In this document: positions 61,789 to 64,000 of the stretch, piece by piece
Layout of the letters: each line of letters starts with the position of its first letter
Position numbering within the stretch: position 1 is the stretch's first letter
Source: an uncultured Acidobacteriota bacterium
GTDB lineage: Bacteria; Acidobacteriota; UBA6911; RPQK01; JAPXNP01
NCBI GenBank assembly: GCA_963777605.1
Contig: CAVZRV010000029.1
Span: forward strand, 288,001 to 352,000
Direction: 5' to 3'
DNA length: 64,000 nucleotides
The notes under the pieces: generated by a model
Databases searched by the model: none
What the model was told of the DNA's origin: nothing
Seen by the model: the letters and a program-made list of their open reading frames with translations, nothing else
Position numbers and translations under genes: made by a program

Positions 61789-63947
61789 AAACCAGGCGTG
61801 TCCTGATCTCGACTTCGGCACTGGCGCTTGTGCTGGCGACGTGGGGAGTGCTCTCCCTGGTGCCCCGGTTCGAGTCGGTCCGCTCTGAATGTCAAGCGTC
61901 CGACCGGCTCCTTCTCGACCGGGACGGCCAAATCCTCCACGAATTGCGGGTCAACCCGGAGATTCGACGGCTTTCCTGGACTCCCCTGGAGCAGGTCTCG
62001 CCGGCCTTGGTTGAGGCCGTGGTCGAAGCGGAAGATCGGCGTTTCTACTCGCATCACGGAGTGGATCCGGTCGCCGGAGCCGGCGCTGGAATCGACTGGC
62101 TCTCGGGTTCGTCGGTCAGGGGAGCGAGCACGATCACGATGCAGGTGGCCGGTTTCCTCTTCCACGGCCTGGAACGCCACGGTCGATTCAGGTCGTTGCT
62201 GCAGAAAGGGGGGCAGGCTGCCGCCGCTTCGCTGATCGAACTGCGCTGGAGCAAGGAGGAGATCCTCGAGGCCTACCTCAACCTGGTGAGTTTTCGAGGT
62301 GAACTGCAAGGGGTCTCGGCGGCCTCGCGAGGCTTGTTTGGCAAGATCCCGCACGGACTGTCGAGATCCGAAGCCCTGGTCCTCGCGGCGTTGATTCGGT
62401 CGCCGAATTCGAGCCGTGATGAAGTCGCCCGCCGGGTGTCCGATCTTGCCGATCGGTTGGCTTGGCAGGGTGATCAGGCACCCTTGGGAGCGGCTCTCGA
62501 CGCCCTCGAAGAGCAGTACTGGATTCAGCAGCGCGTGCAGGACGCACCCCAGGTTGCCCGCAGACTTCTCGTCGTGGACTCGGACGGAGCGGGAGCCGGG
62601 GTCTACTCGACCCTCTCCCGAGACATCCAGCGGTTTGCGGCCGATTCCCTTCGGTCGCACGTTGCGCGCCTATCCAGCAGGAACGTCCGCGACGGGGCGG
62701 TCCTGGTCGCGGATCTCGAGACGGGCCAGGTGCTGGCCTACGTGGGCAACACCGGTGCCGATTCGAGCGCGCGCCACGTCGATGGTGTCCAGGCGCTTCG
62801 CCAGGCCGGTTCGACACTGAAGCCGTTCCTTTACGCCCGGGCCCTCGACCGCAGGCTGCTCACTCTGGCCACTTTCCTGGAGGACCGGCCGGTAGAGATC
62901 CCGGTTAGCGGCGGACTCTACCGGCCCGAGAACTATGACCGCCAGTTTCGGGGACCGGTAACCGCGCGGACTGCCCTCGCGTCATCACTGAATGTTCCGG
63001 CAGTGCGCGTGCTCGGAATGGTTGGCGTCGAAGACTTTCTCGAAGTGCTCTCCAGCGTGGGGTTCAGCCCCCTGAGAAGAGCTGAGTATTACGGGCCTTC
63101 CCTCGCCCTGGGTGCCGTCGAGGTCTCGCTCTGGGACCTGGTCAGAGGATATCTCCTGCTGGGCCGCCAGGGAAGCGGGATCGATCTGACTCTGCAGCCC
63201 GTTTCGCCTCGGGAAACCGGGCGGCCCTTCTCGGCAGGTGCCTGCTTTCTGATCGCCCGGGCGCTATCGGATCGTGAGGGGCGCAGCCAGACGTTCGGGC
63301 TCGAAAGCACCCTTGCGACCCCCTTCTGGTCTGCGGTCAAGACCGGCACCAGCAAGGACATGAGGGACAACTGGTGCGTGGGGTTTTCCTCCCGCTATGT
63401 GGTGGGAGTCTGGGTCGGCAACTTCTCGGGTGAATCGATGTGGAACGTCAGCGGGATCAGCGGTGCTGCCCCGGTCTGGCAGGAAGTGATGCAGTTCCTG
63501 CACCGAAGACAACCTTCGGTTGCTCCGGATCTTCCCGACGGAATCCAACTCAGCGAGGTGAGTCTGCCCGGCGAATCGAAGCGCAAGGAGTGGTTCTTCG
63601 CGGGGACGGTTCCCGAGCAGGTGCGACTGGTCCAGGTCGAAAGCCGCCCCCGGATCGAGTACCCGTCTGCGGGAACCGTTTTTGCGGTGGACCCCGATAT
63701 TCCTCGCGACCGGCAGCGGATCTTCTTCGAGTCAATTCCTGCACCGGCCGATGCCACCTGGGAACTGGATGGGAAGACCCTCGGCGGTGCCGACCGGTCG
63801 TATCCCTGGGCTCCCCAGGAGGGACGCCACGAACTCACACTGAGGCTCAAGTCGGGGCCGGTCCTCGATACCGTCGTGTTTTTCGTTCGAGGGTCTACTT
63901 ACCGGCGCTTGGACAGCATCCAGCCGATCAGGCCGGGATCGGAATAG
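61785..63947 (+). CDS. pbpC: Penicillin-binding protein 1C
   Basis: ATGA overlap with the A2M gene; EDRRFYSHHGVD and GASTITMQ (GT51); GSTLKP, SLN and KTGTS (transpeptidase); C-terminal beta domain. Confidence 0.93.
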   Translation: MKTRRVLISTSALALVLATWGVLSLVPRFESVRSECQASDRLLLDRDGQILHELRVNPEIRRLSWTPLEQVSPALVEAVVEAEDRRFYSHHGVDPVAGAGAGIDWLSGSSVRGASTITMQVAGFLFHGLERHGRFRSLLQKGGQAAAASLIELRWSKEEILEAYLNLVSFRGELQGVSAASRGLFGKIPHGLSRSEALVLAALIRSPNSSRDEVARRVSDLADRLAWQGDQAPLGAALDALEEQYWIQQRVQDAPQVARRLLVVDSDGAGAGVYSTLSRDIQRFAADSLRSHVARLSSRNVRDGAVLVADLETGQVLAYVGNTGADSSARHVDGVQALRQAGSTLKPFLYARALDRRLLTLATFLEDRPVEIPVSGGLYRPENYDRQFRGPVTARTALASSLNVPAVRVLGMVGVEDFLEVLSSVGFSPLRRAEYYGPSLALGAVEVSLWDLVRGYLLLGRQGSGIDLTLQPVSPRETGRPFSAGACFLIARALSDREGRSQTFGLESTLATPFWSAVKTGTSKDMRDNWCVGFSSRYVVGVWVGNFSGESMWNVSGISGAAPVWQEVMQFLHRRQPSVAPDLPDGIQLSEVSLPGESKRKEWFFAGTVPEQVRLVQVESRPRIEYPSAGTVFAVDPDIPRDRQRIFFESIPAPADATWELDGKTLGGADRSYPWAPQEGRHELTLRLKSGPVLDTVVFFVRGSTYRRLDSIQPIRPGSE

Positions 63948-64000
63948 GCCCGATCCCACGAGTTGTGGCCGACGCCTTCGTACTCTGTGTACTTGACCCG

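Noticed and set aside
1-64000. tRNA and rRNA genes
   Set aside because: No cloverleaf, T-loop context or rRNA-like segment recognised by eye; tRNAscan-SE and barrnap would confirm.

Overview
A 64 kb GC-rich chromosomal window from a diderm bacterium, most likely Acidobacteriota. That assignment is inferred from a GWxTD protein, an Oar-like TonB-dependent transporter, a wHTH-TM-beta-propeller regulator, many secreted TPR proteins and lpxD. The left ~13 kb is a mosaic accessory region: gene fragments, a FitA/VapC toxin-antitoxin pair, a VPS10/BNR glycosidase-like gene, an IS91-like remnant, and a CadC/ToxR-like regulator facing a secreted aspartyl protease across an 11-bp-phased TCA array. The middle holds metabolic and signalling genes (DUF1593, NUDIX, PAS hybrid kinase, OmpA, rhaB-fucI, TauE, SGNH, tandem esterase, glgC, Hyi-like) and a GWxTD + five-TPR + TonB-dependent transporter locus. 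The right part has housekeeping and envelope genes (tlpA-like, yrfG, lpxD, murJ, xerD, a large surface protein, GT2, ClC, alpha-2-macroglobulin, pbpC). Intergenic spaces carry several families of REP-like and short periodic repeats. About ten single-base frameshifts look like read or assembly indels rather than real pseudogenes. I saw no rRNA, tRNA, CRISPR array or intact transposase. All calls come from reading the sequence; no database searches were run.
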